Positions 19,747 to 30,471 of a stretch of 64,000 nt of DNA are shown here, piece after piece (within the stretch, counting starts at the first letter, position 1; each line of letters starts with the position of its first letter). The notes beneath the pieces are model-generated. The model searched no databases. It was not told the origin of the DNA and was given only the letters and a program-made list of their open reading frames with translations. Source of the stretch: Candidatus Poseidoniaceae archaeon (GTDB lineage: Archaea; Thermoplasmatota; Poseidoniia; Poseidoniales; Poseidoniaceae); contig JANXHP010000009.1 of assembly GCA_024958795.1 (NCBI GenBank), positions 34,776 to 98,775 of the forward strand, read 5' to 3'. A program made the position numbers and the translations under genes.

Positions 19747-20985
19747 TCACAATTGTAATGCTTCAATTTTCTCTGATTCAATTACTTCCCAAGGGAATTC
19801 ACCATTGCTACTAGGAGTTCTTCCGAAGTGTCCACCAGCGGCACAAGGAGAATAAATGGGTCTTAGCAAATCCAAGTCACTAGTTATTGCTCCAGGTCTG
19901 AAATCAAAAACATCAGAAACTCTTTGAGCGATTTGTCTTTCTGAAATTGTTGAAGTTCCAAACGTTTCAACTCTCAAACTCACCGGTTCTGCAACTCCAA
20001 TGACATATGCTAATTGAATTTCACATCTATCAGCTAAGCCAGCAGCAACCACGTGCTTTGCAGCCCATCTTGATGCATATGCTGCAGAGCGGTCAACCTT
20101 TGACGGGTCTTTTCCAGAGAATGCACCGCCACCGTGGCGACCCATTCCACCATAGGTATCAACAATGATTTTCCGACCGGTCAATCCTGCATCAGAATAA
20201 GGACCACCAGGGTCTGCAAAACGACCTGTTCCATTTACAACCAGATTGTAATTTTCATCTAGTAATTGTGCTGGTATTGAATATTCTACAACATGTTCAG
20301 TAATTTGTTCTCTAACATATTCTAGCTCTCTTGCTTCATCTCCATCGAATTGGTCTTTGAGGTACTTGTCATGTTGAATGGCTATTATGACTGTATGAAC
20401 TCTTTTGATATTGCCATCTTCATCATATTCAACTGTTACTTGAGACTTACCATCTGGGCGAGCCCAAGGCAAGATTCTTTGTTCACGCACTGCGCTAAGT
20501 CTGCGAGTTAATTTCTGTGAAAGTGCAGCGGCTAAAGGGAAATATCGACCCTTTAGTTCAGGAAATGATTCTGTTTCAGTGCAGGCATATCCGAACATTA
20601 ATCCTTGATCTCCTGCACCTTGTTGTAATCCATCTTTGTTAACACCTTGAGCGATATTTGCGGCTTGTGTTGTAATATGGACCTGGACATCACACAACTC
20701 ATGGGATGTTGCATCCATGCCAATATCATGACTAGTATATCCGATTGAGGCAGCGGTCTTACGTGCAATCTCTTGATAATCAGGAGCGTCGCCTACAAGA
20801 GATACTTCTCCAGCAAGCACAATCAAACTAATATCTTCCTTTCCTTTTACACAAGTTTCAACAGCAACTCTTGCATTTGCATCTATAGCAAGACAAGCAT
20901 CTACAATAGCATCAGAAATCGCATCACATAACTTGTCTGGATGTCCACTAGTTACGGATTCCGAGGAGAACAGGTCGGCCAGCAT
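19747..20985 (-). CDS. metK: S-adenosylmethionine synthetase, bacterial/eukaryotic type
   Basis: Motifs SESVTSGHPDK, GAGDQG, RPDGKSQVT, GLTGRKIIVDTYGG, GGGAFSGKDPSKVDRS. Confidence 0.96.
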   Translation of the reverse strand: MLADLFSSESVTSGHPDKLCDAISDAIVDACLAIDANARVAVETCVKGKEDISLIVLAGEVSLVGDAPDYQEIARKTAASIGYTSHDIGMDATSHELCDVQVHITTQAANIAQGVNKDGLQQGAGDQGLMFGYACTETESFPELKGRYFPLAAALSQKLTRRLSAVREQRILPWARPDGKSQVTVEYDEDGNIKRVHTVIIAIQHDKYLKDQFDGDEARELEYVREQITEHVVEYSIPAQLLDENYNLVVNGTGRFADPGGPYSDAGLTGRKIIVDTYGGMGRHGGGAFSGKDPSKVDRSAAYASRWAAKHVVAAGLADRCEIQLAYVIGVAEPVSLRVETFGTSTISERQIAQRVSDVFDFRPGAITSDLDLLRPIYSPCAAGGHFGRTPSSNGEFPWEVIESEKIEALQL

Positions 20986-21155
20986 ACAACGCCCCCCAAG
21001 ACAATCATTTATGAACAATGCGCCTATTATAGGTAAACATTATTCTTAAAAGTAATATTTACTGCGATAATTCTTCCTCCGACTATTCAAAATTGGCATA
21101 TTACGGTAATTGTTGAACCGATGTTTTGATGAGAGGTTGATTGCCCCACAACACC

Positions 21156-22562
21156 ATGAGCCACTATGTTCCAACCACATATCGCACCCATACTCTAGGT
21201 GAAATTCAGAGCAAAGGTGCAGAACTTGTTGATAGCGAAGTAACTGTTGCTGGCTTTATGGAAGCAAATCGCGGAAAGGGTGCGATTTGTTTCGTAGACC
21301 TAAGAGACGGTACTGGAAAAACTCAAATTTTCCTAAAACAAGATAATGTTGGTGAAGAAGCACTTGATATGGTTCAGAGAATGACTCGTGAATCAACTCT
21401 ACAATTTACTGGCACAGTTTCACAGAAGCGTCCACCAAAAACAAAGGAAGGGGAACCTGTGCCACCACCTGCATATGAAGTCGTAGCGACTTCTGTCAAC
21501 TTGATTGCACGTGCAGAAGCACCATTGCCACTGGGTGTTACAGATACAGTTCATGTAGCTCTTGACACAAGACTTGACAACCGATTCCTAGATCTTCGTC
21601 GTTCTCATGTTAATGCAATGTTCCGCCTTCGTGGAAAGGTTTTGCAATTTGGAAGAGAGAAGTTGAATAGTGAAGGTTTTGTTGAAACACATACTCCTAA
21701 AATTGTCGCTACCGCTACTGAAGGAGGTACCGATTTATTCCCTATGACCTATTTTGATACACCTGCATACCTAAACCAATCTCCACAATTATTCAAGCAA
21801 TTATGTATGTCTGGAGGACTAGAACGTATATATGAAATCGGTCCAGCGTTTAGAGCAGAAAAACATGATACTTACCGCCATTTGAATGAATTTATTTCAT
21901 TCGATATTGAGTGTTCTTGGGCTAATGATGAAGATGTAATGGGAGTTCTTGAAAGAATGATTCACCATATGTGGCAATCTATCTCAGAAGATGAGGAATG
22001 TATTGCTCATATTGCTACAATCAATGAATATAGAGCGACTCAAGATGAAGAACCAATTGAAGTGATTGTACCAGAACTTCCTTTCCCTCGTGTTTCATAT
22101 TGCGATGCTATTAGAATCATCAAAGAAAAGGGTGGAAAGATAGAATGGGGCGATGACATTGATGCTGAAAATTCAGATTTACTAGCCGTTGATTTACCTC
22201 AATTCTATTTCTTACCACAATGGCCTATGGACCTTAAGCCATTTTACATCCATCATATTGAAGGTGAAAACGGTAGCACTGGTCGCCAATTGAGTAGAGG
22301 ATTTGACCTAAACTTTGGTCGTGATGAATTAACATCTGGTGGTCAACGTGAACATCGTATTGATGTTCTTATTGAGAATCTAAAGGATATGGATTTAGAT
22401 CCTGAAGAATTTGAATTTTATGTCGCTGGTTTCCGCCATGGTGTACCGCCACACGCTGGTTGGGGACTTGGTGTTGAAAGAATTCTGATGAAATTGACTG
22501 GAGCAAAGAATGTTCGAGAAACTGTTCTCTTCCCTCGTGATAGAAAGCGTGTTTGCCCTTGA
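21156..22562 (+). CDS. aspS: Aspartate-tRNA ligase, archaeal type
   Basis: N-terminal YRTH OB-fold, [18 protein letters not shown], motif 2 FRAE...RHLNEF, motif 3 [17 protein letters not shown]. Confidence 0.95.
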   Translation: MSHYVPTTYRTHTLGEIQSKGAELVDSEVTVAGFMEANRGKGAICFVDLRDGTGKTQIFLKQDNVGEEALDMVQRMTRESTLQFTGTVSQKRPPKTKEGEPVPPPAYEVVATSVNLIARAEAPLPLGVTDTVHVALDTRLDNRFLDLRRSHVNAMFRLRGKVLQFGREKLNSEGFVETHTPKIVATATEGGTDLFPMTYFDTPAYLNQSPQLFKQLCMSGGLERIYEIGPAFRAEKHDTYRHLNEFISFDIECSWANDEDVMGVLERMIHHMWQSISEDEECIAHIATINEYRATQDEEPIEVIVPELPFPRVSYCDAIRIIKEKGGKIEWGDDIDAENSDLLAVDLPQFYFLPQWPMDLKPFYIHHIEGENGSTGRQLSRGFDLNFGRDELTSGGQREHRIDVLIENLKDMDLDPEEFEFYVAGFRHGVPPHAGWGLGVERILMKLTGAKNVRETVLFPRDRKRVCP

Positions 22563-22614
22563 TTTCATAGAAATTGACCGAAAATAACGGGTATCAATAG
22601 CCCCTCGCAGTAAC

Positions 22615-23361
22615 ATGGCCTGCGATAGAATGCAATGGGGTGCCGAGGCATGGCAGTATGCTGATTTGTATATGCCAGACGATGAATCACCCTTCCAAAA
22701 ATCAGGTGAGATTCCATGTGTTATGCTAATCCATGGTGGATTTTGGAAAGAAAAATTCACTTCAGAATTAATGAGGCCTATCGCTGAAGACCTTGCAGAA
22801 GCTGGTATAGCGGCTTGGAATATTGAATTTAAACGCTGGAGGGAAGGCGATGAAGGTGTATGGATGGATACCTTGTCAGATATTCTAAGAGCATGGGGCC
22901 AACTTGCTTTGCTGCCAAATATTGATGTTCAAAGAACGATGATTATGGGTCATTCATCTGGTGGACACCTCGCACTATTATTGGCTGCAAAAGCCGAACG
23001 GAAGCCTTGGTTAACCATTGCTCAAGCACCTATTACAGATATTGTTGAAGCAGATTCGATTAAACTTTCAGATGAAGGTGATGCTGTGAGGAAATGGATT
23101 GGATGTTCACCACAAGAAAACCCAACTCTTTGGGATCAACTAAATCCCATATCAAATCCTGCTGCTTGTCCAACTTTACTAATTCATGGTAAAGAAGATA
23201 CTGAGGTGCCAATAAGTCAATCTGAAGCTTATGCATTAATGATGCAAGAAAGCGAATATGAAGTGAACAAACTATGGTTGCCTGGTGATCATTTTTCGAT
23301 TATTGATATTGCAAACGACGATTGGCTTGTACAACTCAATGCCATTACCGATTGCCTTTGA
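22615..23361 (+). CDS. Alpha/beta hydrolase (HSL/BD-FAE-like; possible arylformamidase)
   Basis: HGGFW oxyanion motif, GHSSGG nucleophile, HGKEDTEVP Asp, GDHF His. Confidence 0.85.
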   Translation: MACDRMQWGAEAWQYADLYMPDDESPFQKSGEIPCVMLIHGGFWKEKFTSELMRPIAEDLAEAGIAAWNIEFKRWREGDEGVWMDTLSDILRAWGQLALLPNIDVQRTMIMGHSSGGHLALLLAAKAERKPWLTIAQAPITDIVEADSIKLSDEGDAVRKWIGCSPQENPTLWDQLNPISNPAACPTLLIHGKEDTEVPISQSEAYALMMQESEYEVNKLWLPGDHFSIIDIANDDWLVQLNAITDCL

Positions 23362-23422
23362 GAAAATATTGTATTTATTTTAGAGGCAAATGCCTATGAT
23401 GCAATGCCGCGTGGCATGACAT

Positions 23423-24238
23423 ATGGACCTCCTCGGTGATGACTATCCTTACTCCAGCACCGCCCTAAGCGGAAAACATGCTCTAGTCTGTGGTGCTAGC
23501 AAAGGAATTGGTGCTGCTACTGCAAAAATTCTAGCAAAGGCGGGAGCAAATGTGACAGTCTGTGCACGAAATACAGGTGCATTGAATGAGTTATGTGATG
23601 AACTTTCAACTTTGGGCAATGGTTCTCATACCGCACTAACTCTTGACCTTGAGAATACAGAAGCGATTAGACCTGCACTTGAAACACTAATCTCAGATAA
23701 AGGAGCAATTCACATCCTAATAAATAACGCAGCAGGGCCTAAAGGTGGACCTCTTCTTGGTGTTGAATTGGCTGATTTGGAAGCGCCTTTCAAGCGCCAC
23801 CTTCATGCTGCACATACGATGGTTCAATCGGTAGTATCTGGCATGGAAGCAGAAGGATATGGAAGAATTATTCAAATCATTTCCACTTCGGTAAAGGAGC
23901 CAATTCCAAACTTGGGATTATCTAATACTTTGAGGGGAGCAATGGCTTCATGGTCAAAAACACTGTCAAGAGAATTACCTGCTTGTATTACTATCAACAA
24001 TGTATTACCTGGATTTACCGATACTGAAAGATTGGGTTCACTAGCGGCATCAATCAATGAAAAAACAGGACAGAGTGTTGAAGATATCCATCATAATTGG
24101 ATGGTTCAAGTACCTATTGGACGGCTAATAGACCCACTAGAAACTGCTTCTGCAATCGCATTCCTAACTTTACCTGCTTCGGGTGGAATACGCGGTGTTT
24201 CTCTAGCAGTTGACGGTGGAAGATTACGCTCAATCTAA
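23423..24238 (+). CDS. SDR family oxidoreductase
   Basis: CGASKGIG, NNAAGP, ISTSVKEP...SNTLR (atypical SxxxR in place of YxxxK), NNVLPG, VDGGR. Confidence 0.9.
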   Translation: MDLLGDDYPYSSTALSGKHALVCGASKGIGAATAKILAKAGANVTVCARNTGALNELCDELSTLGNGSHTALTLDLENTEAIRPALETLISDKGAIHILINNAAGPKGGPLLGVELADLEAPFKRHLHAAHTMVQSVVSGMEAEGYGRIIQIISTSVKEPIPNLGLSNTLRGAMASWSKTLSRELPACITINNVLPGFTDTERLGSLAASINEKTGQSVEDIHHNWMVQVPIGRLIDPLETASAIAFLTLPASGGIRGVSLAVDGGRLRSI

Positions 24239-25122
24239 TGCACATCTTCAAAAACAAGGGTGCTGGGGGTGGAAATATGGAAAGTTCAGTAAGTCCTGAA
24301 AGAGCCAAGATGATTCTTGATATGCTAACTTCAGGAGGTGCAATGGACGATATTAACACACCACTTGCACTAAGATTAATTCCTCTATCAATGGAACTTG
24401 ATGATATTGAACTAGCCGAGAAATTACTTGATCATGCTGCTAAAGTTGCAGAAAATGAAGTTGAATCTGGATGGACCAAGTTTGAGACTCTAAAGCATAT
24501 TAATGCTGCAGTTGATACTTTCTTTCAATTGGCAGTTGAATCAGAACAAATGAGTGATGGACAACGATTGGCTGCAGCAGTACTTCATCATGTTTCATTA
24601 TTGCAACTTGCAGCAGATGACCTTGATGATGCTAAAATTAGTGCTTCAAGAGCACTTCGTATTAGAGAAGATATTGAAGATTCAAGCGGAATTGTATACG
24701 GTATTGCAGTTTTGGAGGCAATTGCAAAGAAGCAAAACGACATTGATACTGCAATTGCTCTTGGAACTAGAAGAGTTGAGATATTAATGCGTGATAATGA
24801 TGAAGATGGGCAAGTTGAAGCGATGTCTGACTTGGCTCATAGCCAAGCAACAGTAGGCCATTTTGATTCAGCCCGAGACCTATACGCTGAATCTTTGGAA
24901 ATAGCTAAGCGGTTGGAAGATTTATCAGGACAATTAGTTGCATATTGGGGATTAGCAGACCTCTGTGAAATAAATGAAGACTACGAATCTGCAATGATAC
25001 ATCTCTCTGATTGCTTACATGCATTCCTTGAGCAAAATCTTCCGGCTCCATCTCAAGTTAGAGTTAGAATAAATGCATTAGCTGATATTCAAGATAATCC
25101 TGCAAAGGATAACAAGCAATAA
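24238..25122 (+). CDS. Tetratricopeptide-repeat (MalT-like TPR) protein
   Basis: Helical ~40-aa repeats (ALRIREDIED, SLEIAKRLEDLSGQ). TAATG overlap with the SDR stop; alternative start 24277. Confidence 0.7.
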   Translation: MHIFKNKGAGGGNMESSVSPERAKMILDMLTSGGAMDDINTPLALRLIPLSMELDDIELAEKLLDHAAKVAENEVESGWTKFETLKHINAAVDTFFQLAVESEQMSDGQRLAAAVLHHVSLLQLAADDLDDAKISASRALRIREDIEDSSGIVYGIAVLEAIAKKQNDIDTAIALGTRRVEILMRDNDEDGQVEAMSDLAHSQATVGHFDSARDLYAESLEIAKRLEDLSGQLVAYWGLADLCEINEDYESAMIHLSDCLHAFLEQNLPAPSQVRVRINALADIQDNPAKDNKQ

Positions 25123-25124
25123 AA

Positions 25125-26567
25125 TCAATGTTTGACACAAATATTAGTCATCTCTGAAAAGAATGAGAGAGACCAACGTCCACCTTCTCTGCCAACACCA
25201 GAATTCTTTACTCCACCGAATGGTGTCCGTAAATCTCTATGCAGCCAAGTGTTAACCCAAACAATTCCACTTTCAACCCTCTCGGCTAATTCTTTACCTC
25301 TCTCAGCATCTTCTGTCCAAATAGAACCAGCCAAACCGTATTCTGTACAATTGGCCATTTCAATCGCCTCATCGTCAGTAGTAAAAGAATGGAGAGTTAC
25401 TACTGGCCCAAATATTTCTTCTGTTGAAGTTCTTGAAAGATGACTAAGTCCACCTATTACAGTTGGTCTGATAAATGCTGCATCGGGATTTGAATCTAGT
25501 GGCCCAGTCATTGCACGACTTCCTCCGCTGAGTATTTCTCCACCTTCTTCAACGGCCAAATCAATATACGATTCTATTTTTTGTAAGTGTTCCATGGAGA
25601 TTACTGAACCCATTTGTGTTGATTCATCGCTTGGATCACCTATGATCATCGCATCAACCTGTTCAACAAATCGCTTACAGAATTCATCATAAATGGATTG
25701 ATGAATAAGTATTCTTGAACCGCATAAACAAACTTGTCCAGAGTTGGTAAAGGCAGCTGTTACAGCACCTGGAACTACAGTATCGAGATTTGCATCATCT
25801 AGAATAATAGTTGCATTTTTCCCACCCAATTCCAATGAGAGTTTCTTGAATAATGGTGCTGCAGTTCTAGCAACAATACGCCCTGTTGCTGTGCCACCGG
25901 TGAAGGAGATTCCAGCAATATCTGGATGCTCAAGAATTGCTTGTCCAACCTCTGGGCCTAGTCCATGTACCAGATTAAATACACCATCTGGAAGTTGAAT
26001 TCTTTGCAATGTTTGTGCGAGTAAATCCGCAGTCAATGGAGTGAGTTCAGATGGTTTTGCAACAATGCAGTTACCCATCAATAATGCAGGGGCTACCTTC
26101 CATGTTAGAAGATATAATGGCAAATTCCATGGAGTGATTAATCCAACTATTCCAAGTGGTGATGTGTGGACATGATTTGTAGCATCTGACATCTCAAAAA
26201 TCAATGGTTCTTGGCTTCTTGCAAACTTTGCAAAAAAGCGGAAGTTACTAATTGATCGGGTAGCATCAACTGAACGTGCAATAGAAATTGGCTTGCCGGT
26301 ATCAAGTGATTCTGTCTGTGCAATTTCTTCCTTTATCTCCTCTAATGCATCTGCAATTTTATCTAACCAATCGGCCCTTTCAATCATTGTTAACGCAGAC
26401 CATTGCGGTAGTGCTCTTTTCGCTGCTAATACCGCAGCGTCAACATCTAATGCTGATGCTCTAGGCATCATTGCGATATGTGCACCATTTGCTGGATTGG
26501 AATCATCCATCATCCTATTCTCAATAGGTGGTATGAAGTTCCCATCAATGAAATTACTAATTATCAT
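25125..26567 (-). CDS. Aldehyde dehydrogenase, 2-aminomuconate/2-hydroxymuconate semialdehyde dehydrogenase family (AmnC/ALDH8A1-like)
   Basis: Motifs ITPWNLPLYLLTWKVAPAL, FTGGTATG, LELGGKN, GQVCLCGSR, EEIFGPV, WLHRDLRTPFGGVKNSG. GGAGG RBS before ATG 26567. Confidence 0.88.
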   Translation of the reverse strand: MIISNFIDGNFIPPIENRMMDDSNPANGAHIAMMPRASALDVDAAVLAAKRALPQWSALTMIERADWLDKIADALEEIKEEIAQTESLDTGKPISIARSVDATRSISNFRFFAKFARSQEPLIFEMSDATNHVHTSPLGIVGLITPWNLPLYLLTWKVAPALLMGNCIVAKPSELTPLTADLLAQTLQRIQLPDGVFNLVHGLGPEVGQAILEHPDIAGISFTGGTATGRIVARTAAPLFKKLSLELGGKNATIILDDANLDTVVPGAVTAAFTNSGQVCLCGSRILIHQSIYDEFCKRFVEQVDAMIIGDPSDESTQMGSVISMEHLQKIESYIDLAVEEGGEILSGGSRAMTGPLDSNPDAAFIRPTVIGGLSHLSRTSTEEIFGPVVTLHSFTTDDEAIEMANCTEYGLAGSIWTEDAERGKELAERVESGIVWVNTWLHRDLRTPFGGVKNSGVGREGGRWSLSFFSEMTNICVKH

Positions 26568-26569
26568 TT

Positions 26570-27685
26570 TCAAACCTCCACATCGTACAGCCAACGGTCA
26601 CTATCAGGGTCCCATTCATCCCAAGTTGGCAGAGAACTCAATACTTGCAAATATTTTTCTGGAACAATTCCTGAAACAACAAATGCTTTCTGTCGATTTA
26701 ATGGATATGGGTTTCTCAAATCAATTCCAAGGACACCTAATACTGCTCTAGCAATGTACCAAGTTGCTTGCGAATTCCAACCATGAGCGATTTTGACAAC
26801 AATACCAAGACCCTTTGGATAATCTGGATGTTCAATCGCTAAACCAAGCAACCCATCTGCACCTTCCTTAGCGATTACTTTTCCATCTCCCGCTTTCAAT
26901 ACCGTTGAATCCAAACGATTGAATCCACCAACTAAATCTGGATGTTTTATCATCGCTTCCCATATCCAATCTTTATCCTTATCACGGACAAGTCCAGCAT
27001 ATATTTGTGCTAATTCTGCAACTGTGTTAGAAACTGTAGGCAATCCACAACCATCCTTTGCAATTCTAAGAGGTTTCCAATCTTTACCGAGATATTTTCT
27101 CAACTCCTCCATGTAGGCAGTGAATACTTCATGCCCTGGTAAAGTGTAACCTGCTCGATTCCATCCTTTTTTCCTACAACCGAATAATATCGCAGAATGT
27201 TCACCAGAACATGTGTGAAACCAGCGACGTGGTCTACGAACTTGCCGTCCAAACTGGATTAGTGGCACATCTAGAGGTGTTAGCATTAATGGCCATTCTG
27301 ATTCGCTAAGTAACGACTGGGCAGCTGCAACATGCTCGGTATCACCATTGTGTGAAGCAACTGAAATCGCCTTTTGTTCCCAAGTGCAATCCTCTAATTC
27401 TTCTGTAAAGGCCTTGAGCATAAACGGTTTCATCATTGAGCGCCCATAGCATAGAACATTTCCTCCAAAAGAATGGATGACTTCATCACCATGCGCCCAA
27501 GCGACTGCTCCATGAATTGTAGTTTCAGAAACACCATTTCTTCGATAATCAACAAGTGGTTCCCATGCCACTTCACGGCCAGTTGGAATTCCCTCTATTG
27601 ACTCTCCAAGAGGAGAGGATGGAAACATTGCAGACCCAGGATTTCCGGGCTTTACCGCAGAATGTTCATCATGACGGATTTCCAT
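26570..27685 (-). CDS. Class 3 (Rhizobium etli-type) L-asparaginase II family amidohydrolase
   Basis: Motifs RSMMKP, ASHNG, TCSGEH, DGCGLP, AKEGADG. Alternative GTG start at 27694 overlaps the LLM stop. Confidence 0.8.
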   Translation of the reverse strand: MEIRHDEHSAVKPGNPGSAMFPSSPLGESIEGIPTGREVAWEPLVDYRRNGVSETTIHGAVAWAHGDEVIHSFGGNVLCYGRSMMKPFMLKAFTEELEDCTWEQKAISVASHNGDTEHVAAAQSLLSESEWPLMLTPLDVPLIQFGRQVRRPRRWFHTCSGEHSAILFGCRKKGWNRAGYTLPGHEVFTAYMEELRKYLGKDWKPLRIAKDGCGLPTVSNTVAELAQIYAGLVRDKDKDWIWEAMIKHPDLVGGFNRLDSTVLKAGDGKVIAKEGADGLLGLAIEHPDYPKGLGIVVKIAHGWNSQATWYIARAVLGVLGIDLRNPYPLNRQKAFVVSGIVPEKYLQVLSSLPTWDEWDPDSDRWLYDVEV

Positions 27686-27690
27686 TAATT

Positions 27691-28935
27691 TCACTCCAAA
27701 TTTTTCTCAACTAAAGGAACAACTTGCTCCATATATGCAGTCATATTTCGACAGACTCTATCACTGTCGTGATTAAAGAAATCAAACCAAGCCATGATTC
27801 TATCTTGTGGATGGAAACGCTCAACTATTTGCTTAGCAATATCTTGCGGATTGCCGACGAGTGCATTATTTGATGCGTTGGCAACTTTAGACGGATCTAT
27901 TGTTCCTTCCAAAGCATTCCAATATGCACCAAGAGCTGTTTCGGCTTCTTCATGTGCGGCTTTTGTTTGCTCCTCAGCGGTAAGTCCTTGCTCAGCATTA
28001 ATGAAAACAAAAGAAGTTCTAGGCATATCACTACGCTTCCATTGCCCTCCATCCTTATGGAATAATTTAGACATCTTTTCATGAGTTGCGTCAATGATTT
28101 CAGGTTTCGTAATTGACAAATTGAATACCTTAACTGGAAGGATAGTATTGACAAATTGTTGTGCCTTAGGGTCATGAGTTCCAGCAACTAATTGCAATAA
28201 TTCACGACGGAAATTTTGTGGTATAATTTTCAAATCTTCGAAAACATAGCGTTTAGGAATTTCAATCTCATCTGGGACTTCATCTAGTCCTTCAAACTCA
28301 ACTGCCGCATCTTGAACTGCCTTCCAATCTTCATCGCTACGAAAATTTGCTCTAGTAAGAATTGTCTTGTAAGTTTGTGTTGAGTTGATTGTATCTCCTC
28401 TCAATAGTCTTAAGAAAATATCACTGGCTTCCATAAAGATTTGACCTCTCAATGCTGGCCATGCTGCCTCCTCAATAGAATTACGAGGAACAATACCATA
28501 CGGTCTTGCCATGAATTCAAAACGTCCTGCAGCAAATCCAACGTGTAATCTTCTGTTTTCATTCACATCCATCCCAAGAAAATTAAGAGTATTAGCAACT
28601 CTTTCTGCTTGTGCAATTGGACCACCAGAAGCAAGTATAGAAAGAACTGCACTACCGATTTCAATATTTTTTGTTCGTCTAAATGAATCCAATGCTAACT
28701 GTGGGAAATCAGTACACAAACCTACTTCTCCTTGCCAGTGAGGCACAACTGGACGAGAGTTGCTCTTTTGAGTCTCAGTTGACAGGTGTGCTTGTGCTAA
28801 CCAACCTACCCCAAAGCCTAATTCGTCAGCACATTGCAATTGTTGATAGTAATTTGCAAACATTTCTTGCTCGCTTGGAATATACCCATCAGCATTGGGT
28901 GTTTGGCTGATTGAGAAGAAAATATCGTGCTCCAT
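27691..28935 (-). CDS. LLM-class (luciferase-like) flavin-dependent oxidoreductase
   Basis: Motifs ADELGFGVGWLAQAH, RTKNIEIGSAV, RLHVGFAAG, ALVGNPQDIA. Alternative GTG start at 28947. Confidence 0.85.
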   Translation of the reverse strand: MEHDIFFSISQTPNADGYIPSEQEMFANYYQQLQCADELGFGVGWLAQAHLSTETQKSNSRPVVPHWQGEVGLCTDFPQLALDSFRRTKNIEIGSAVLSILASGGPIAQAERVANTLNFLGMDVNENRRLHVGFAAGRFEFMARPYGIVPRNSIEEAAWPALRGQIFMEASDIFLRLLRGDTINSTQTYKTILTRANFRSDEDWKAVQDAAVEFEGLDEVPDEIEIPKRYVFEDLKIIPQNFRRELLQLVAGTHDPKAQQFVNTILPVKVFNLSITKPEIIDATHEKMSKLFHKDGGQWKRSDMPRTSFVFINAEQGLTAEEQTKAAHEEAETALGAYWNALEGTIDPSKVANASNNALVGNPQDIAKQIVERFHPQDRIMAWFDFFNHDSDRVCRNMTAYMEQVVPLVEKNLE

Positions 28936-29046
28936 CGTCTGTCCCACACATAGCCAATAAGTGACCGGTCATAACAAATGTGGCGACGATAATTGAATAA
29001 AGATAGCCGGCGATTGTTTGAAAACCACTTGACTATTGGCAGTGTT

Positions 29047-29868
29047 ATGTCCATTCATGGCCAAGCGAGGAAGGTTACTACAAACACCTTGCAAGAAATG
29101 AAGAATGCTGGTGAGAAAATCACCATGCTAACCGCCTATGATTTCTCATTGGCAAAACTAGTTGACAAGGCTGGTGTTGACATTATTCTTGTAGGGGATT
29201 CCGCTTCTAATGTGATGGCAGGTCATGCAACAACTGTACCAATTACATTGGACCATATGATATATCACGCACAGTGTGTTGAACGTGCTGTTGATAGAGC
29301 ATTGATCGTAGTCGATATGCCATTTGGTTCGTACCAAGGAAACTCTACAGTAGCTCTAGAATCTGCAGTTCGTATAATGAAAGAATCTAATGGACATTCT
29401 GTGAAACTTGAGGGGGGTTCGGAAGTTGTTGAATCAATCAAAAGAATCCTTACCGCTGGAATACCAGTAATGGGGCATCTTGGCCTTACACCTCAATCAA
29501 TTTACAAATTTGGAACCTATACGGTTAGAGCAAAAGAAGAAGAAGAAGCAATGAAACTTATTTCTGATGCTAGATTACTCGAAGATGCAGGTTGCTTCGC
29601 TATTGTATTAGAAAAAATTCCGCGCAACCTTGCCAAAAAGGTAAGTGAAGCTATTTCAATTCCAACTATAGGAATCGGCGCTGGTCCTGATTGTGATGGT
29701 CAAGTATTGGTTTTACATGACCTACTGGGGATAACAATGGATTTCTCTCCAAGATTCTTACGTCGTTATTTGAATCTATCAGATGATATCAACAATGCAA
29801 TCTCACAATATTGTGATGATGTTAGATCTGGCGATTTCCCCAACGAAGACGAGTCATATTCTGAATGA
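29047..29868 (+). CDS. panB: 3-methyl-2-oxobutanoate hydroxymethyltransferase
   Basis: Motifs [47 protein letters not shown]. Confidence 0.97.
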   Translation: MSIHGQARKVTTNTLQEMKNAGEKITMLTAYDFSLAKLVDKAGVDIILVGDSASNVMAGHATTVPITLDHMIYHAQCVERAVDRALIVVDMPFGSYQGNSTVALESAVRIMKESNGHSVKLEGGSEVVESIKRILTAGIPVMGHLGLTPQSIYKFGTYTVRAKEEEEAMKLISDARLLEDAGCFAIVLEKIPRNLAKKVSEAISIPTIGIGAGPDCDGQVLVLHDLLGITMDFSPRFLRRYLNLSDDINNAISQYCDDVRSGDFPNEDESYSE

Positions 29869-29875
29869 TTTGTTT

Positions 29876-30367
29876 TCACAAATAGATAAAGGCAAGTATT
29901 GCTCCGCCGAATGCACCAATATCAATTCCGATTGCGTGCCAAATTCCGTAGCGAAATGAGGGCAATTCGTATTGCCACCATGTGCTGTTAATCCATGCCC
30001 AAACCAATAATGAAAAGTATCCTCCACAAAACATTGCCCCCCATCCTGAAACCCAAATGAGGGAATAAGCAAATCCAAGAATACCCATTCCCATAGCATA
30101 TTCTTTCCAATTTCCTTTCTTATCTGGCAGTAAGTATTTGTACATTAGTGGAGAAAATATTAGCGCTAAAATAAATGCACCCTGAACTGGAGAGGGATAG
30201 CCATAATTCAGATTTGGTAGAACAATTGTCTGCCAAAAAGCACCGAATATTGCACCAATTGTCATTGGTGTGATGGCATGGCGCATAGATTCGGGTAACC
30301 ATCCTGCGATAGATTTCCATTCCTCATCATCCAGAGTTCCTACTGGTTGTAACTCTGATTCAGCCAT
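29876..30367 (-). CDS. Hypothetical integral membrane protein
   Basis: About 163 aa with 4-5 hydrophobic helices; fills the gap between panB and the dioxygenase. Confidence 0.75.
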   Translation of the reverse strand: MAESELQPVGTLDDEEWKSIAGWLPESMRHAITPMTIGAIFGAFWQTIVLPNLNYGYPSPVQGAFILALIFSPLMYKYLLPDKKGNWKEYAMGMGILGFAYSLIWVSGWGAMFCGGYFSLLVWAWINSTWWQYELPSFRYGIWHAIGIDIGAFGGAILAFIYL

Positions 30368-30471
30368 ATTGTTGGCGAGATGTAATTTGTCCTTGAGTCT
30401 TCGGGTTTTCAATGTTCGAAATCAAAGCATTCGCCGAATGCGATAAAGACCCAAACCCTTTGCGTCATGAT

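Noticed and set aside
27691-28935. Bacterial luciferase / bioluminescence
   Set aside because: It is a single LLM-family gene with no luxCDE or luxB partner, in a catabolic context.
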